DNA of 55,120 nt from Candidatus Epulonipiscium sp. (GCA_012524135.1 JAAYSE010000081.1:1-55120); one strand, 5' to 3'. Shown: positions 21,243 through 31,926, numbered from the stretch's first letter. The notes: a model not told the origin generated them from the sequence alone. Made by a program: numbers and translations.

Positions 21243-21473
21243 TTGAAAGATTTAGTAGAAACGATCGCAAAAGCCTTAGTAGACCATCCTGAAGAAGTTC
21301 ATGTCAATGAAATCGAAGGAGAACGTTCTATTATTTTGGAGCTAAAAGTAGCTTCAGATGATATGGGAAAAGTAATTGGTAAACAAGGTCGAATTGCAAA
21401 AGCGATTCGTACGGTAGTTAAAGCAGCCGCAACTAAAGAAAATAAGCGAGTAGTAGTAGAAATTTTACAATAA
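21243..21473 (+). CDS. khpA: KH-domain RNA-binding protein KhpA (YlqC)
   Basis: DMGKVIGKQGRIAKAIRT; likely TTG start after AGGAGGTG. Confidence 0.95.
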   Translation: MKDLVETIAKALVDHPEEVHVNEIEGERSIILELKVASDDMGKVIGKQGRIAKAIRTVVKAAATKENKRVVVEILQ

Positions 21474-21497
21474 AGGTTAGGATATCCTAACCTTTTT
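21472..21497 (+). terminator. Terminator/attenuator hairpin between khpA and rimM
   Basis: Perfect palindrome AAAGGTTAGGAT|ATCCTAACCTTT plus T run. Confidence 0.75.
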
Positions 21498-21534
21498 CTG
21501 AATAAAAAAGGTGAGAAATAAGGAGTAAAAGTCA

Positions 21535-22056
21535 ATGGAAAAATATATAGAAATTGGAAATGTTGTGAATACTCATGGTATTCGAGGAGTTATAAAAATT
21601 ATTCCTACCACTGATGATCCTACTCGATATGAAAAATTAAATTCTGTCTTCCTTCGTCATAACGAAGATCGAAAAGAATATACTATTGAACAAATACAAT
21701 ATCATAAGCAATGTATCCTTTTAAAATTAAAAGAAATTTCATCTATGAATGAAGCAGAAATACTTAAAGGAGCGATCATAGAAATTCCTAGATCAAAAGC
21801 ACTTCCTTTAGAAGAAAATCAGTATTATATTGGAGATTTATATGGTTTACAAGTATTTACTGTAGAAAATGTATATTTAGGAGAAATTGTTGATATTATC
21901 TTTACTGGTAGTAATGATGTTTACGTAGTACAAGATCCTCAAAAACCTTCTAACAAACCTCTTTTGCTCCCTGCTATTCATCAATGTATTAAGAAAGTTG
22001 ATATTAACAATCAAAAAATAGTCGTTTCTTTACTAGAAGGGCTGGAAGAATTGTGA
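21535..22056 (+). CDS. rimM: Ribosome maturation factor RimM
   Basis: [30 protein letters not shown]. Confidence 0.96.
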   Translation: MEKYIEIGNVVNTHGIRGVIKIIPTTDDPTRYEKLNSVFLRHNEDRKEYTIEQIQYHKQCILLKLKEISSMNEAEILKGAIIEIPRSKALPLEENQYYIGDLYGLQVFTVENVYLGEIVDIIFTGSNDVYVVQDPQKPSNKPLLLPAIHQCIKKVDINNQKIVVSLLEGLEEL

Positions 22057-22784
22057 AATTCTATATTTTAACATTATTTCCTGAGATGATTCAAAGCACT
22101 CTTAGTTATAGTATTTTAGGGAAAGCTCAGGAAAAAAATATTATTCAAATAGAATGTATTAATATCCGTGATTTTTCTAAAAATAAACATGGACAAGTAG
22201 ATGACTACCCATATGGCGGAGGCCCTGGAATGGTGATGCAAGCGCCTCCTATTTTTGATGCTTATAATAGTATTGTAAGTAACATTCAAAAAAAACCAAG
22301 AGTTCTTTATATGAGCCCCCAAGGGAAAACTTTTAATCAAGAAATGGCTTTTTCTTTTTCAAAAGAAAAAGAATTAATTTTTTTATGTGGTCATTACGAA
22401 GGTGTTGATGAACGGATAATTGATACTATTGTCACAGATGAAGTCTCCATTGGAGATTTTGTATTAACAGGTGGAGAATTAGCTGCAATATGTATCATTG
22501 ATTCTATTGCTCGATTGATTCCTGGAGTTCTTGGAAAAGAAGCTTCTTTTCAACAAGAATCTTTTACTGATTCTTTATTAGAATATCCACAATATACGCG
22601 TCCATCTATTTTTCTTGATCAACCGGTTCCAGAAATATTACTTTCTGGTCATCATGAAAAAATTGAGAATTGGCGTCGTCAACAATCCTTACTTCGTACT
22701 ATGAAACGACGACCTGATTTATTAGAAAAAGCAAACTTGAGTAAACAAGATTGGGATTGGATAAAATCGATAAAAGAAAGTTAA
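22053..22784 (+). CDS. trmD: tRNA (guanine-N1)-methyltransferase
   Basis: [42 protein letters not shown]. Confidence 0.98.
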   Translation: MKFYILTLFPEMIQSTLSYSILGKAQEKNIIQIECINIRDFSKNKHGQVDDYPYGGGPGMVMQAPPIFDAYNSIVSNIQKKPRVLYMSPQGKTFNQEMAFSFSKEKELIFLCGHYEGVDERIIDTIVTDEVSIGDFVLTGGELAAICIIDSIARLIPGVLGKEASFQQESFTDSLLEYPQYTRPSIFLDQPVPEILLSGHHEKIENWRRQQSLLRTMKRRPDLLEKANLSKQDWDWIKSIKES

Positions 22785-22919
22785 AAATATTTTTATAGTA
22801 CTTTTATAATAAAAAGATAAGCTCCTTATAAATATATTACGATTAGGTTTTATGAAAAAATTTTAAAATATTAATAAAAAGATTGCTTTCTTGAAAAAAG
22901 TATGATAAACTTTATTACT

Positions 22920-22980
22920 GTGAGTACGGCGGTCCTCTGATACTACTAAGTAATCAAGAACGTCTAAGATGGAAGGAGGG
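22920..22980 (+). promoter_or_regulatory. Putative L19 leader (autoregulatory cis RNA)
   Basis: GC-richer leader GGCGGTCCTCTGAT...ATCAAGAACGTC just before the rplS RBS, downstream of a TTGCTT-N17-TAAACT promoter; resembles the Firmicute L19 leader. Confidence 0.6.
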
Positions 22981-22986
22981 TAACTC

Positions 22987-23331
22987 ATGAACGAAATTAT
23001 TCAAAAAATAGAGCAAGAACAATTACGACAAGATATCGCTGATTTTAATGTAGGTGATACTGTTCGAGTATATGCAAAAGTACGAGAAGGAAACCGAGAA
23101 AGATTACAAATGTTTGAAGGTGTTGTTCTAAAAAAACAAAATGGCGGTGTTCGTGAAACTTTTACTGTAAGAAGAATTTCTTATGGTGTAGGTGTAGAAA
23201 GAACTTGGCCAGTTCATTCTCCAAATATTGATCGAATCGAAGTTGTGAGAAAAGGAAAAGTAAGAAGAGCAAAATTAAACTATATACGTAAACGTGTAGG
23301 TAAAGCTGCAAAAGTAAAAGAAGTACTATAA
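22987..23331 (+). CDS. rplS: 50S ribosomal protein L19
   Basis: [33 protein letters not shown]. Confidence 0.98.
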   Translation: MNEIIQKIEQEQLRQDIADFNVGDTVRVYAKVREGNRERLQMFEGVVLKKQNGGVRETFTVRRISYGVGVERTWPVHSPNIDRIEVVRKGKVRRAKLNYIRKRVGKAAKVKEVL

Positions 23332-23332
23332 T

Positions 23333-23358
23333 AAAAGGGACTGAAAAAGTCCCTTTTT
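23333..23358 (+). terminator. Intrinsic terminator after rplS
   Basis: AAAAGGGACT-gaaaa-AGTCCCTTTTT. Confidence 0.85.
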
Positions 23359-23383
23359 GTGTACATAGAAAGTAGGTATATCA

Positions 23384-23938
23384 ATGACTAGATTATTAGA
23401 AGATACTAGTGAACCTTCTTTTATTTCACCCATTGCTACGTTAATATGGGAAGTTTTTATTGCATTTATAATATCATATTTAATTATTACCTTTATTATT
23501 CAAAATACAAAAATAGATGGTTACTCTATGGAACCTACTTTACGTCATAAAGATGCTATCATCATCAATAAATTTATTTATTATTTTAAAAATCCTCAAT
23601 ATGGAGATATTATCGTTTTTCCATATCAAAAAGATCCTAGTAAAAAATATATTAAAAGAATTATTGGTTTACCTGGAGAAGTTATTGATATAAAAGAAGG
23701 TGCAATTTATATTAATGGACATCCTCTACAAGAACCATATATTACAAAATCATGGAAGACAAAAGGAAATATTACTTATCCCTTTACAATTCCTAAAAAT
23801 CATTATTTTGTTCTAGGAGATAATCGTGATCATAGTTCGGATAGTCGATTTTACGATGTAGGAACTATAGAAAAGTCTAAAATTTTCGGTAAAGCATGGA
23901 TACGTATATGGCCTTTAAAAAGCATAAGAAAGTTATAA
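23384..23938 (+). CDS. lepB: Signal peptidase I
   Basis: N-terminal TM, SMEPTL, YIKRIIGLPG, GDNRDHSSDSR. Confidence 0.95.
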   Translation: MTRLLEDTSEPSFISPIATLIWEVFIAFIISYLIITFIIQNTKIDGYSMEPTLRHKDAIIINKFIYYFKNPQYGDIIVFPYQKDPSKKYIKRIIGLPGEVIDIKEGAIYINGHPLQEPYITKSWKTKGNITYPFTIPKNHYFVLGDNRDHSSDSRFYDVGTIEKSKIFGKAWIRIWPLKSIRKL

Positions 23939-23956
23939 AGAAAGTGGGTAAAAGAA

Positions 23957-24817
23957 ATGAATATACAGTGGTATCCTGGGCATATGACCAAAACAAAACG
24001 CATAATTATTGAAAATTTAAAACTAGTAGATATAATTATTGAATTAATTGATGCACGTATTCCAATGAGTAGTAAAAATCCTGATTTAGATCAACTAGCA
24101 AATAATAAACCGCGTATTATTGTGATGAATAAAAGTGATCTTGCAGATGAAAAAAGAAATAATGAATGGAAACAATATTTTGAACAACAAGGATACGGAG
24201 TAATTTTAGTTAATTCTATTACTGGTAAAGGAATTGGAGAAGTAGTAGAACAAGCTAGAAATATGCTTCAACATAAAATCGAAAAAGATCGTCAAAGAGG
24301 TCGTCTCTTTCGTCCTATTCGAGCTATGGTGGTTGGAATTCCTAATGTAGGAAAATCTACATTCATTAATAAGTTAGTTGGAAAAACAACAGCTAAAACA
24401 GGAGATCGTCCTGGAATAACACGTGGAAAACAATGGATTAAAATCAAAAAAGATTTTGAGTTATTAGATACTCCAGGTATTTTATGGCCTAAATTTGAAG
24501 ATCTTGATGTTGGGCTTAAATTAGCTTTTACAGGAGCAATAAAGGATGATATTTTAGATATTGAACAACTAGCCTTAGAATTTATTAGTTTTTTTAAAAT
24601 AGCTTATCCTAAAGCTTTATCACAACGATATTCTATAAATGAGAATCAACTATCTTCTAAACCTTTAGATATTTTCTTATATATAGGAAGAAATCGTGGT
24701 TTCTTACAAAGTGGTAATGAAATAGATACTCTGCGTACAGCACAGGTACTTTTTGATGAATTTCGTGGAGGGCGATTAGGTCGTTTTACTTTAGAGATTC
24801 CTTCTAATACTAAATAA
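23957..24817 (+). CDS. rbgA: Ribosome biogenesis GTPase RbgA/YlqF
   Basis: IQWYPGHM, DARIP, NKSDL, GIPNVGKS, DTPGILWP. Confidence 0.97.
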   Translation: MNIQWYPGHMTKTKRIIIENLKLVDIIIELIDARIPMSSKNPDLDQLANNKPRIIVMNKSDLADEKRNNEWKQYFEQQGYGVILVNSITGKGIGEVVEQARNMLQHKIEKDRQRGRLFRPIRAMVVGIPNVGKSTFINKLVGKTTAKTGDRPGITRGKQWIKIKKDFELLDTPGILWPKFEDLDVGLKLAFTGAIKDDILDIEQLALEFISFFKIAYPKALSQRYSINENQLSSKPLDIFLYIGRNRGFLQSGNEIDTLRTAQVLFDEFRGGRLGRFTLEIPSNTK

Positions 24818-24827
24818 AACGCAATTT

Positions 24828-24852
24828 AAATGCAGCTTAGCTGCATTTTTTC
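24828..24852 (+). terminator. Intrinsic terminator after rbgA
   Basis: AAATGCAGCT-t-AGCTGCATTT followed by T run. Confidence 0.8.
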
Positions 24853-24855
24853 TAT

Positions 24856-24883
24856 TGAAGAAAATAGATCGTTCTTCCGATAT
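24856..24883 (+). promoter_or_regulatory. Putative sigma-28 (SigD/FliA) promoter upstream of rnhB
   Basis: TGAAG-N16-CCGATAT versus consensus TAAA-N15/16-(G)CCGATAT; -10 is good, -35 is imperfect. Confidence 0.45.
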
Positions 24884-24903
24884 ATATTATAAAGGAGAAT
24901 GAA

Positions 24904-25680
24904 ATGATGACGAAACAAAAAACGATAGCTATGATTGAAGAAGAATTAAAGAATACAACTTTGGATAATTTACCCAAGGTATTATATTATTTAGAAAAAG
25001 ACTCTAGAAAAGGAGTTAAACGATTAGTACAACAATATAAAAAACAATTAGAACAACAAAAAAAAGAACAACAACGATTAAAAGCACTTTGGAAATATGA
25101 AGAAAAATATTATTTAAAAAATCAATTCCTTATAGCGGGTATTGATGAAGCTGGAAGAGGTCCATTAGCTGGACCAGTAGTAGCTGCTGCTGTGATTTTA
25201 CCACCTAAAATTCATATCCCTCAATTAAATGATTCTAAAAAAATTTCTACTAGTATTCGTGAAAATTTATATAAAAAAATACAATCAGTGGCCATTGATA
25301 TAGGGGTAGGTATTGTTGATCCAGAAACTATTGATCAAATTAATATTTTGCAAGCTACAAAACAAGCGATGCAAGAAGCTGTTTTAAATTTAAAAACTAA
25401 ACCAGAGATTTTGTTAATTGATGCTCTTATACTTCCTAGTTTACCTATTCAACAAGAAAAAATTATTAAAGGTGATCAAAAAAGTGCTTCTATTGCTGCG
25501 TCTAGTATTATTGCAAAAGTAACACGAGATCATCTTATGGAACGATGGGATCAATTATATCCTGTATATGGTTTTGCTAATCATAAGGGCTATGGCACAA
25601 AAGAACATTTAGATGCTATTAAAGTACATGGTTTATCTCCTATTCATCGTAGAAGTTTTCATATTTCAAGAACATTTTGA
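24904..25680 (+). CDS. rnhB: Ribonuclease HII
   Basis: GIDEAGRGPLAGPV, NDSKK, KGDQKS, AKVTRD, HKGYGT. Confidence 0.97.
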   Translation: MMTKQKTIAMIEEELKNTTLDNLPKVLYYLEKDSRKGVKRLVQQYKKQLEQQKKEQQRLKALWKYEEKYYLKNQFLIAGIDEAGRGPLAGPVVAAAVILPPKIHIPQLNDSKKISTSIRENLYKKIQSVAIDIGVGIVDPETIDQINILQATKQAMQEAVLNLKTKPEILLIDALILPSLPIQQEKIIKGDQKSASIAASSIIAKVTRDHLMERWDQLYPVYGFANHKGYGTKEHLDAIKVHGLSPIHRRSFHISRTF

Positions 25681-25697
25681 TAGGAAGGAGAACATAT

Positions 25698-27239
25698 ATG
25701 CGTATTGATCCAGATTCATGTATTGTATCTTTTATGGAATACAATACTTCTACTACTGAATCACATGAACCATTACCCTTTTATCATAAAGGTGATATTA
25801 TACAAGGAACCGTTTTAGAGATATTAGAAAATGAAATATTACTTCAATTGAATAGTGGACAAAAAATGAAGGCATATATTGATAATCTTTTAAATGCACA
25901 GATTGGAGAAAAATTATATTTTCAAATATGTTCTTTAGCTAATAATCAAATTGTTTTAAAACCATTGCAACAAGAATCTTCAAATACAACAAAATATAAT
26001 TTTATATTACAAGTTCTTGAAAGAGCTAATATAGTATCTAGTCAGAAAAATATACAGATCGTAGAGACTTTATTAGATTACCAATTACCTATTGATCGAA
26101 ATCATATTCAAAAAGCTTTATTTTATACACATATAACAGAACAACCTAAAATAGAACATTTTCTTTTTTTTATAAAAAATAATATTCCTTTTACAAAAGA
26201 AAATATTGTTGGATTTCAAAATTACATTATTACAAAAATACCATTAGGAAATGAATTAGAAACACTTTTTCAAAAAATAACTCAAAATACGGATTTATCT
26301 TTAAAAGAAAATTTAAGATTTGAATGGATACAATATCAACAACAACAAAGACAAAATATCATTTCAATATTTGAAAAATATATACAGCAGTATAATTTAT
26401 CCGAAAAAATAGGTTCCGAAAAAATTACTCTTGAAAACGTATCCTTGTCTACTCTCATTAGTAAATGTCAGTTGCTTAAAGATACACCTATAATAAAACT
26501 ATTACAAAAAGATGAAAATCTTATGTTATTTTATGAATTACTAAAGGAAACAAAAGAAAATTCAAAATTAGTAAGGGATTTCCTGAGAACCCCCAAAAAA
26601 GAATATAATTTAGAGTGGTACAATCATCCCCCTATAAAACCCAAAGATCTTATACAACCTAATAAATTACAGAACTATTATCAAGAATTATATCAAAAAA
26701 TTTCTATATTAGAAAAGGGTTTTTTAAAAATAGAAAATCAAGGATTAGGATCTCTAGAACCTAATTTAGAAAATATAAAAACAGAACTTCAACATTTTAG
26801 ACAGGGGATTGAATTTTTAAACACATTTAATCATTATGAACATTATTTTCTGATTCCGTTACAGTTTATAAATGACATATCTACAGGAGAACTATATTTG
26901 TTTAGAAATAAAAAGAAAGAAAAGGGAAAAAAACAAATAGTTACAGCCTTATTATCTCTTGACCTAAAAACTTTAGGCTCTATAGATATTTTTATTCAAA
27001 AAAATATAGATCAAGTATACTGTGAATTTAAAATTAAAAATAAAGATATAGAACCTTTATTAAAAGAAAAAATGAATATATTACAACAAGCATTGTATCA
27101 TAAAGGTTATATCTTACAAGGCAAAGTATCTATTGTTAATAAAGATTCATCATCCGTAATAGAATTAATAAATAAACAAAATATACAGGAAAAATCCATA
27201 GAAAATAATAATCCATATTCTTTTGATAAAAAGGTGTGA
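25698..27239 (+). CDS. FliK C-terminal-domain-like protein (YlqG-like)
   Basis: C-terminal IPLQF..GELYL..ALLSLDLKTLGSIDIFI..LQQAL..GY..FDKKV pattern; adjacent to an FlhB-like gene. Confidence 0.65.
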   Translation: MRIDPDSCIVSFMEYNTSTTESHEPLPFYHKGDIIQGTVLEILENEILLQLNSGQKMKAYIDNLLNAQIGEKLYFQICSLANNQIVLKPLQQESSNTTKYNFILQVLERANIVSSQKNIQIVETLLDYQLPIDRNHIQKALFYTHITEQPKIEHFLFFIKNNIPFTKENIVGFQNYIITKIPLGNELETLFQKITQNTDLSLKENLRFEWIQYQQQQRQNIISIFEKYIQQYNLSEKIGSEKITLENVSLSTLISKCQLLKDTPIIKLLQKDENLMLFYELLKETKENSKLVRDFLRTPKKEYNLEWYNHPPIKPKDLIQPNKLQNYYQELYQKISILEKGFLKIENQGLGSLEPNLENIKTELQHFRQGIEFLNTFNHYEHYFLIPLQFINDISTGELYLFRNKKKEKGKKQIVTALLSLDLKTLGSIDIFIQKNIDQVYCEFKIKNKDIEPLLKEKMNILQQALYHKGYILQGKVSIVNKDSSSVIELINKQNIQEKSIENNNPYSFDKKV

Positions 27240-27243
27240 TATA

Positions 27244-27522
27244 ATGAAAAAGGTCATTAAAAAAGTTGCTGCTTTAAAGTATAATCCTAAAGATACAGCA
27301 CCAAAAATTATTGCAAAAGGAAAAGGTGTCCTAGCCGATCATATTCTTGAAAAAGGTGCTACGCATAGTATTCCTACCTATGAAGATTCCTGTTTAGTAG
27401 AAACCTTATTACAATTAGATATTGGACAAGAAATTCCTCCTGAATTATATGAAATTATAGCAGAAATCTTGATTTTTATTCAAGATTTAGATACAATTAA
27501 AGGAAATAGGATGATAGGATGA
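27244..27522 (+). CDS. Stand-alone FlhB/EscU cytoplasmic-domain protein (YlqH/FlhX-like)
   Basis: AALKYNP..APKIIAKGKG..IP..IPPELYEIIAEIL. Confidence 0.88.
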   Translation: MKKVIKKVAALKYNPKDTAPKIIAKGKGVLADHILEKGATHSIPTYEDSCLVETLLQLDIGQEIPPELYEIIAEILIFIQDLDTIKGNRMIG

Positions 27523-27887
27523 ATATAATGAAAAATTATAGACTTATTGGCCAGTGTGGTGAAGAAATAGCAGCTTCTTATTTGCAATCATTAGGTTATA
27601 TTATACTTTCAAAAAATTTCAGATGTAAATTAGGAGAAATTGATTTAATTGCACGTGATCAAGAATATCTTGTATTTATAGAAGTAAAGTATAGACGTTC
27701 TTTAAATTATGGATATCCTAGGGAAGCTGTAAATAAGATCAAACAAAAAACTATTTCTAAAGTAGCACTTTATTATTTAAAACAACATTATTTATATAAT
27801 ACTAGTTGTCGTTTTGATGTAGTAGAAATTATTGAATATAATAATGAGAAAAAAATAAATCTTATTAAAAATGCCTTTATGTTATAA
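27519..27887 (+). CDS. yraN: YraN family putative endonuclease (UPF0102)
   Basis: GEEIAASYL, GEIDLIA, LVFIEVKYR, CRFDVVEI. Confidence 0.93.
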   Translation: MNIMKNYRLIGQCGEEIAASYLQSLGYIILSKNFRCKLGEIDLIARDQEYLVFIEVKYRRSLNYGYPREAVNKIKQKTISKVALYYLKQHYLYNTSCRFDVVEIIEYNNEKKINLIKNAFML

Positions 27888-27922
27888 TTTTTATTGTATT
27901 TATTTAGGGAAGGAAGAGGAGT

Positions 27923-28756
27923 TTGAACATACCTATTCAAAATGATAATTATATATTACATAAAAAAAATAATTTATATTATTTATCTTTTCCCGCTTTC
28001 GATCATACCAAAATGGTTTATCATGGATTTAGTACCCGACATGGTGGTGTAAGTCAAGGTATTTTTACATCATTAAATTTAGGTTTTTATTCTGGTGATT
28101 GTATAAATAATGTATATGATAATTATAAAAAGTTTTGTTCTGTTTTAAATGTTAATGAACAAAATTTAGTTTTTTCAGATCAAATTCATAAAACACATAT
28201 TTATTGTGCTACTAAAAAAGATTGTGGAAAGGGTTATATGAAAAAAAGCGATATAAAAGGTATTGATGGTTTAATTACGAATGAGCCTGAAGTGCCTTTA
28301 GTTACCTTGTATGCGGACTGTGTTCCGTTGTTCTTTTTAGATCCTATGCAAAAAGTTGTGGGTTTAGCTCATGCAGGTTGGAGAGGTACAGTAAATAGGA
28401 TAGCAAGTAAAATGGTACAAACATTTCAATCCGTATATCATTCAAATCCTGAAGATCTTTTAGTAGGCATTGGTCCTTCTATTGGTCCTTGTTGTTTTGA
28501 AGTAGATCAACCAGTTGCTCAAATTTTTCAACAACAAATTACAGGTGATAACTGGATACAATCATGGGAAAATGGAAAATATAATATTGATTTATGGAAA
28601 ACAAACCAACAAATTCTGCTAGAAGCAGGTATTGAAAAAACACATATTTCTATTATGAAGCTATGTACTCAATGTTATAAAGATCATTTTTTTTCTCATC
28701 GGGGACATCAAGGAAAAAGAGGAAGTTTAGCAGCTATTATAGAATTAAAGAAATGA
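27923..28756 (+). CDS. pgeF: Peptidoglycan editing factor / purine nucleoside phosphorylase YfiH family
   Basis: FSTRHGGVS, QIH, ADCVP, HAGWRG, GPSIGPCCFEV, FFSHR. Confidence 0.93.
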   Translation: MNIPIQNDNYILHKKNNLYYLSFPAFDHTKMVYHGFSTRHGGVSQGIFTSLNLGFYSGDCINNVYDNYKKFCSVLNVNEQNLVFSDQIHKTHIYCATKKDCGKGYMKKSDIKGIDGLITNEPEVPLVTLYADCVPLFFLDPMQKVVGLAHAGWRGTVNRIASKMVQTFQSVYHSNPEDLLVGIGPSIGPCCFEVDQPVAQIFQQQITGDNWIQSWENGKYNIDLWKTNQQILLEAGIEKTHISIMKLCTQCYKDHFFSHRGHQGKRGSLAAIIELKK

Positions 28757-28888
28757 AAAACAATATTAAAATTTATTTTCTCATTTTGGCATTTTAAAAA
28801 ATACTTTATAGGTTTTTGTTGTTATTGTAAAATATCAATACGATGCGTTTTGATTTATATTATATTTTGAATACAAAGGAGAATACCA

Positions 28889-30211
28889 ATGCATAAACCA
28901 ATTGTAGCTGTCGTAGGACGACCAAATGTAGGTAAATCAACTTTATTTAATAAATTAGCTGGATCCCGAATTTCTATTGTAGAAGATACCCCAGGAGTAA
29001 CGAGGGATCGAATTTATACAGATGTGGAGTGGTTAAATTATCAATTTACTTTAATCGATACAGGGGGAATTGAACCAGAAACATCAGATTTAATATTACA
29101 GGAAATGCGTAAACAAGCTGAAATTGCTATTGATACAGCAGATGTTATTCTTTTTTTAGTAGATGCTAAACAAGGATTAACGGATTCAGATGCTCATGTT
29201 GCTCATCTGTTACGTAAAACTCAAAAGCCTGTTCTTCTTATTGTGAATAAAGTAGACAATATGCGGACAGAACCATTAGAAATTTATGAATTTTATAATT
29301 TGGGTCTAGGGGATCCTATTCCTATTTCTGCAGGACAGGGATTAGGATTAGGAGACATGTTAGATAAAGTCGTAAAACATTTTCCACCTGTTTCTATAGA
29401 AGAAAAAGAAGAGGCTATAAAAATTGCTGTAATTGGAAAACCCAATGTAGGTAAGTCTTCGTTAATTAATAAAATTTTAGGAGAAAAGAGAGTTATTGTA
29501 AGCGATATTCCAGGTACTACTCGAGATGCCATTGATACTCCTATTACTTTTAATGGAGAACCTTATATTTTTATTGATACAGCAGGACTTCGTAGAAAAA
29601 ATAAAATAAAAGAAGAAATTGAAAGATATAGTATTGTACGAACAGTTGCTGCTATTGAGCGAGCTGACATAACTGTTCTAGTGATTGATGCAGAAGAAGG
29701 AATTACAGATCAAGATACAAAGATTGCAGGTATTGCACATGAAAGAGGAAAAGCATCTATTATTGTTGTAAATAAATGGGATTTAATTGAAAAAGATGAT
29801 AAAACTATGCATCGATATTTGCAAGAAATTAATACTAAATTTGCTTATATGAGCTATGCTCCTAAACTTTTTGTATCTGCTTTAACAGGACAAAGAATAA
29901 ATAAGTTGTTTGAAACCATTCAAGTTGTAGCTCAAAATCAAACTTTAAGGATAAGTACAGGTTTATTAAATGAAGTATTATATGAAGCAATGACAATGAA
30001 TCAACCACCTTCTGACAAAGGTAAGTATTTAAAAATTTACTATATGACTCAAGTTTCTGTAAAACCTCCTACTTTTGTTCTTTTTGTAAATGATAAACAA
30101 CTTATGCATTTTTCTTATGAACGATACATTGAGAATCAAATGAGAGAAGCTTTTGGTTTTAAAGGAACTCCGATTCACTTTATTACTCGAGAAAAAAGAG
30201 GAAGGGATTAG
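28889..30211 (+). CDS. der: Ribosome biogenesis GTPase Der
   Basis: Two G domains ([16 protein letters not shown]) and KH-like C-terminus. Confidence 0.98.
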   Translation: MHKPIVAVVGRPNVGKSTLFNKLAGSRISIVEDTPGVTRDRIYTDVEWLNYQFTLIDTGGIEPETSDLILQEMRKQAEIAIDTADVILFLVDAKQGLTDSDAHVAHLLRKTQKPVLLIVNKVDNMRTEPLEIYEFYNLGLGDPIPISAGQGLGLGDMLDKVVKHFPPVSIEEKEEAIKIAVIGKPNVGKSSLINKILGEKRVIVSDIPGTTRDAIDTPITFNGEPYIFIDTAGLRRKNKIKEEIERYSIVRTVAAIERADITVLVIDAEEGITDQDTKIAGIAHERGKASIIVVNKWDLIEKDDKTMHRYLQEINTKFAYMSYAPKLFVSALTGQRINKLFETIQVVAQNQTLRISTGLLNEVLYEAMTMNQPPSDKGKYLKIYYMTQVSVKPPTFVLFVNDKQLMHFSYERYIENQMREAFGFKGTPIHFITREKRGRD

Positions 30212-30216
30212 CTATT

Positions 30217-30813
30217 ATGTTTCGTTTACTAAGTGTACTCATTGGATATTTTATTGGGTGTTTTCAAACAGCTTTTTTAGTGGGAAAGTTATCTCATAAA
30301 ATTGATATTAGAAATCATGGAAGCGGTAATGCAGGAACAACAAATGTAGTCCGGGTTTTAGGATGGAAAGCAGGATTTGCTACTTTTTTAGGAGATTTTT
30401 TAAAAGGTATTTTGGGAGTTTTAGTTTGTAAAATGATATGGCCTGAAACTAATTCTTTAGCTGGTCTTTATGCAGGGTTAGCTGTAGTTATAGGACATAA
30501 TTGGCCTATTTTTCTTGGGTTTAAAGGTGGGAAGGGCATTGCTTCTACAGTAGGAGCCTTATTAGCCTTTGATTGGCGTATAGGTATTATTTTGATTATT
30601 ATTATGATCTGTATTGTTGGAATAACTCGGTATGTATCTTTAGGTTCTATTGTATTGGCTATATCTATTCCTATTTTAATGATTATTTTTTATCCTAAAG
30701 AACATGAATTTATTTATATTGCTATTACTTTTATGTTATTTGCATTATGGCGACATCGTTCTAATATAAAACGTTTAATTAATAGAACGGAATCAAAACT
30801 AACTACAAAATAA
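30217..30813 (+). CDS. plsY: Glycerol-3-phosphate acyltransferase PlsY
   Basis: GSGNAGTTN, GHNWP, FKGGKGIA, RHRSNI. Confidence 0.96.
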   Translation: MFRLLSVLIGYFIGCFQTAFLVGKLSHKIDIRNHGSGNAGTTNVVRVLGWKAGFATFLGDFLKGILGVLVCKMIWPETNSLAGLYAGLAVVIGHNWPIFLGFKGGKGIASTVGALLAFDWRIGIILIIIMICIVGITRYVSLGSIVLAISIPILMIIFYPKEHEFIYIAITFMLFALWRHRSNIKRLINRTESKLTTK

Positions 30814-30840
30814 AAATATAAAATGGAGGAGAAATAATAT

Positions 30841-31848
30841 ATGAAACGCATTGCAGTCATGGGTTCAGGAAGTTGGGGTACTGCTCTAGCTATTTTATTA
30901 CATAAAAATGGGCATCAAGTTACATTATGGTCTTTTGATAAAAAAGAAAACGAGAAATTACAAGAAACGCGAGAAAACCTTCAATATCTACCAGGAATTT
31001 TAATTCCTCATCAGATTCAATTAACACATAATATTAAAAAAGCTCTTCAAGAGAATGAAATTATTGTTATTGCTATTCCTTCTCGTTTTATTAGAGAAAA
31101 CTTGATAAAATTTGCCCCATATATTAATAAACATCAAATTATTATTAATGTATCTAAAGGATTAGAAGAAAATACTTTACTTCGTATTTCTCAAATAATA
31201 AGAGAAATTTTTGTTGATAATCCTATTGCTGTTCTTTCTGGTCCTAGTCATGCTGAAGAAGTTGCTAAAGATCTTCCTACCACTTGTGTAGTAGCATCTG
31301 CTTCTTTGAATGTTAGTGAATTTGTTCAAGAAATTTTTATGAGTCCCAAATTTAGAATATATACAAATACAGATTTAATAGGGGTAGAATTAGGCGGAGC
31401 ATTAAAAAATGTAATGGCTCTTGCTGCAGGTATTTCGGATGGATTAGGTTTTGGTGATAATACAAAAGCAGCATTAATGACAAGAGGTATTGTTGAAATT
31501 ACTCGTCTTGGTGTTGCCATGGGTGCACAATTACAAACGTTTAGCGGACTATCCGGCATTGGAGATTTAATTGTAACTTGTACAAGTTCACATAGTCGTA
31601 ATTGGAAAGCAGGTTTTCTTATAGGACAAGGAAATTCTTTAGAAAATGCATTAAAAAAAGTACATATGGTGGTAGAAGGTGTGCATACTGCAAAATCAGC
31701 TTTAACACTTTCGAAAAAATATAACGTAGAAATGCCTATCATTCAAGAAGTAAATAACATACTTTTTAATAATAAGGATCCAAGGCAAGCAGTAGTTGAT
31801 TTAATGATGAGGGATAAAACAGAAGAACAATATATGGCATATATTTAG
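30841..31848 (+). CDS. gpsA: NAD(P)H-dependent glycerol-3-phosphate dehydrogenase
   Basis: GSGSWGTAL, SGPSHAEEV, GGALKN, GDLIVTC, SRN. Confidence 0.97.
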   Translation: MKRIAVMGSGSWGTALAILLHKNGHQVTLWSFDKKENEKLQETRENLQYLPGILIPHQIQLTHNIKKALQENEIIVIAIPSRFIRENLIKFAPYINKHQIIINVSKGLEENTLLRISQIIREIFVDNPIAVLSGPSHAEEVAKDLPTTCVVASASLNVSEFVQEIFMSPKFRIYTNTDLIGVELGGALKNVMALAAGISDGLGFGDNTKAALMTRGIVEITRLGVAMGAQLQTFSGLSGIGDLIVTCTSSHSRNWKAGFLIGQGNSLENALKKVHMVVEGVHTAKSALTLSKKYNVEMPIIQEVNNILFNNKDPRQAVVDLMMRDKTEEQYMAYI

Positions 31849-31926
31849 GATTTATATTTTACTGTATTAATATATATTAAATAATTTTTATAAAATCTGA
31901 TTTACAGCAAAAATCTATAACTAAAA

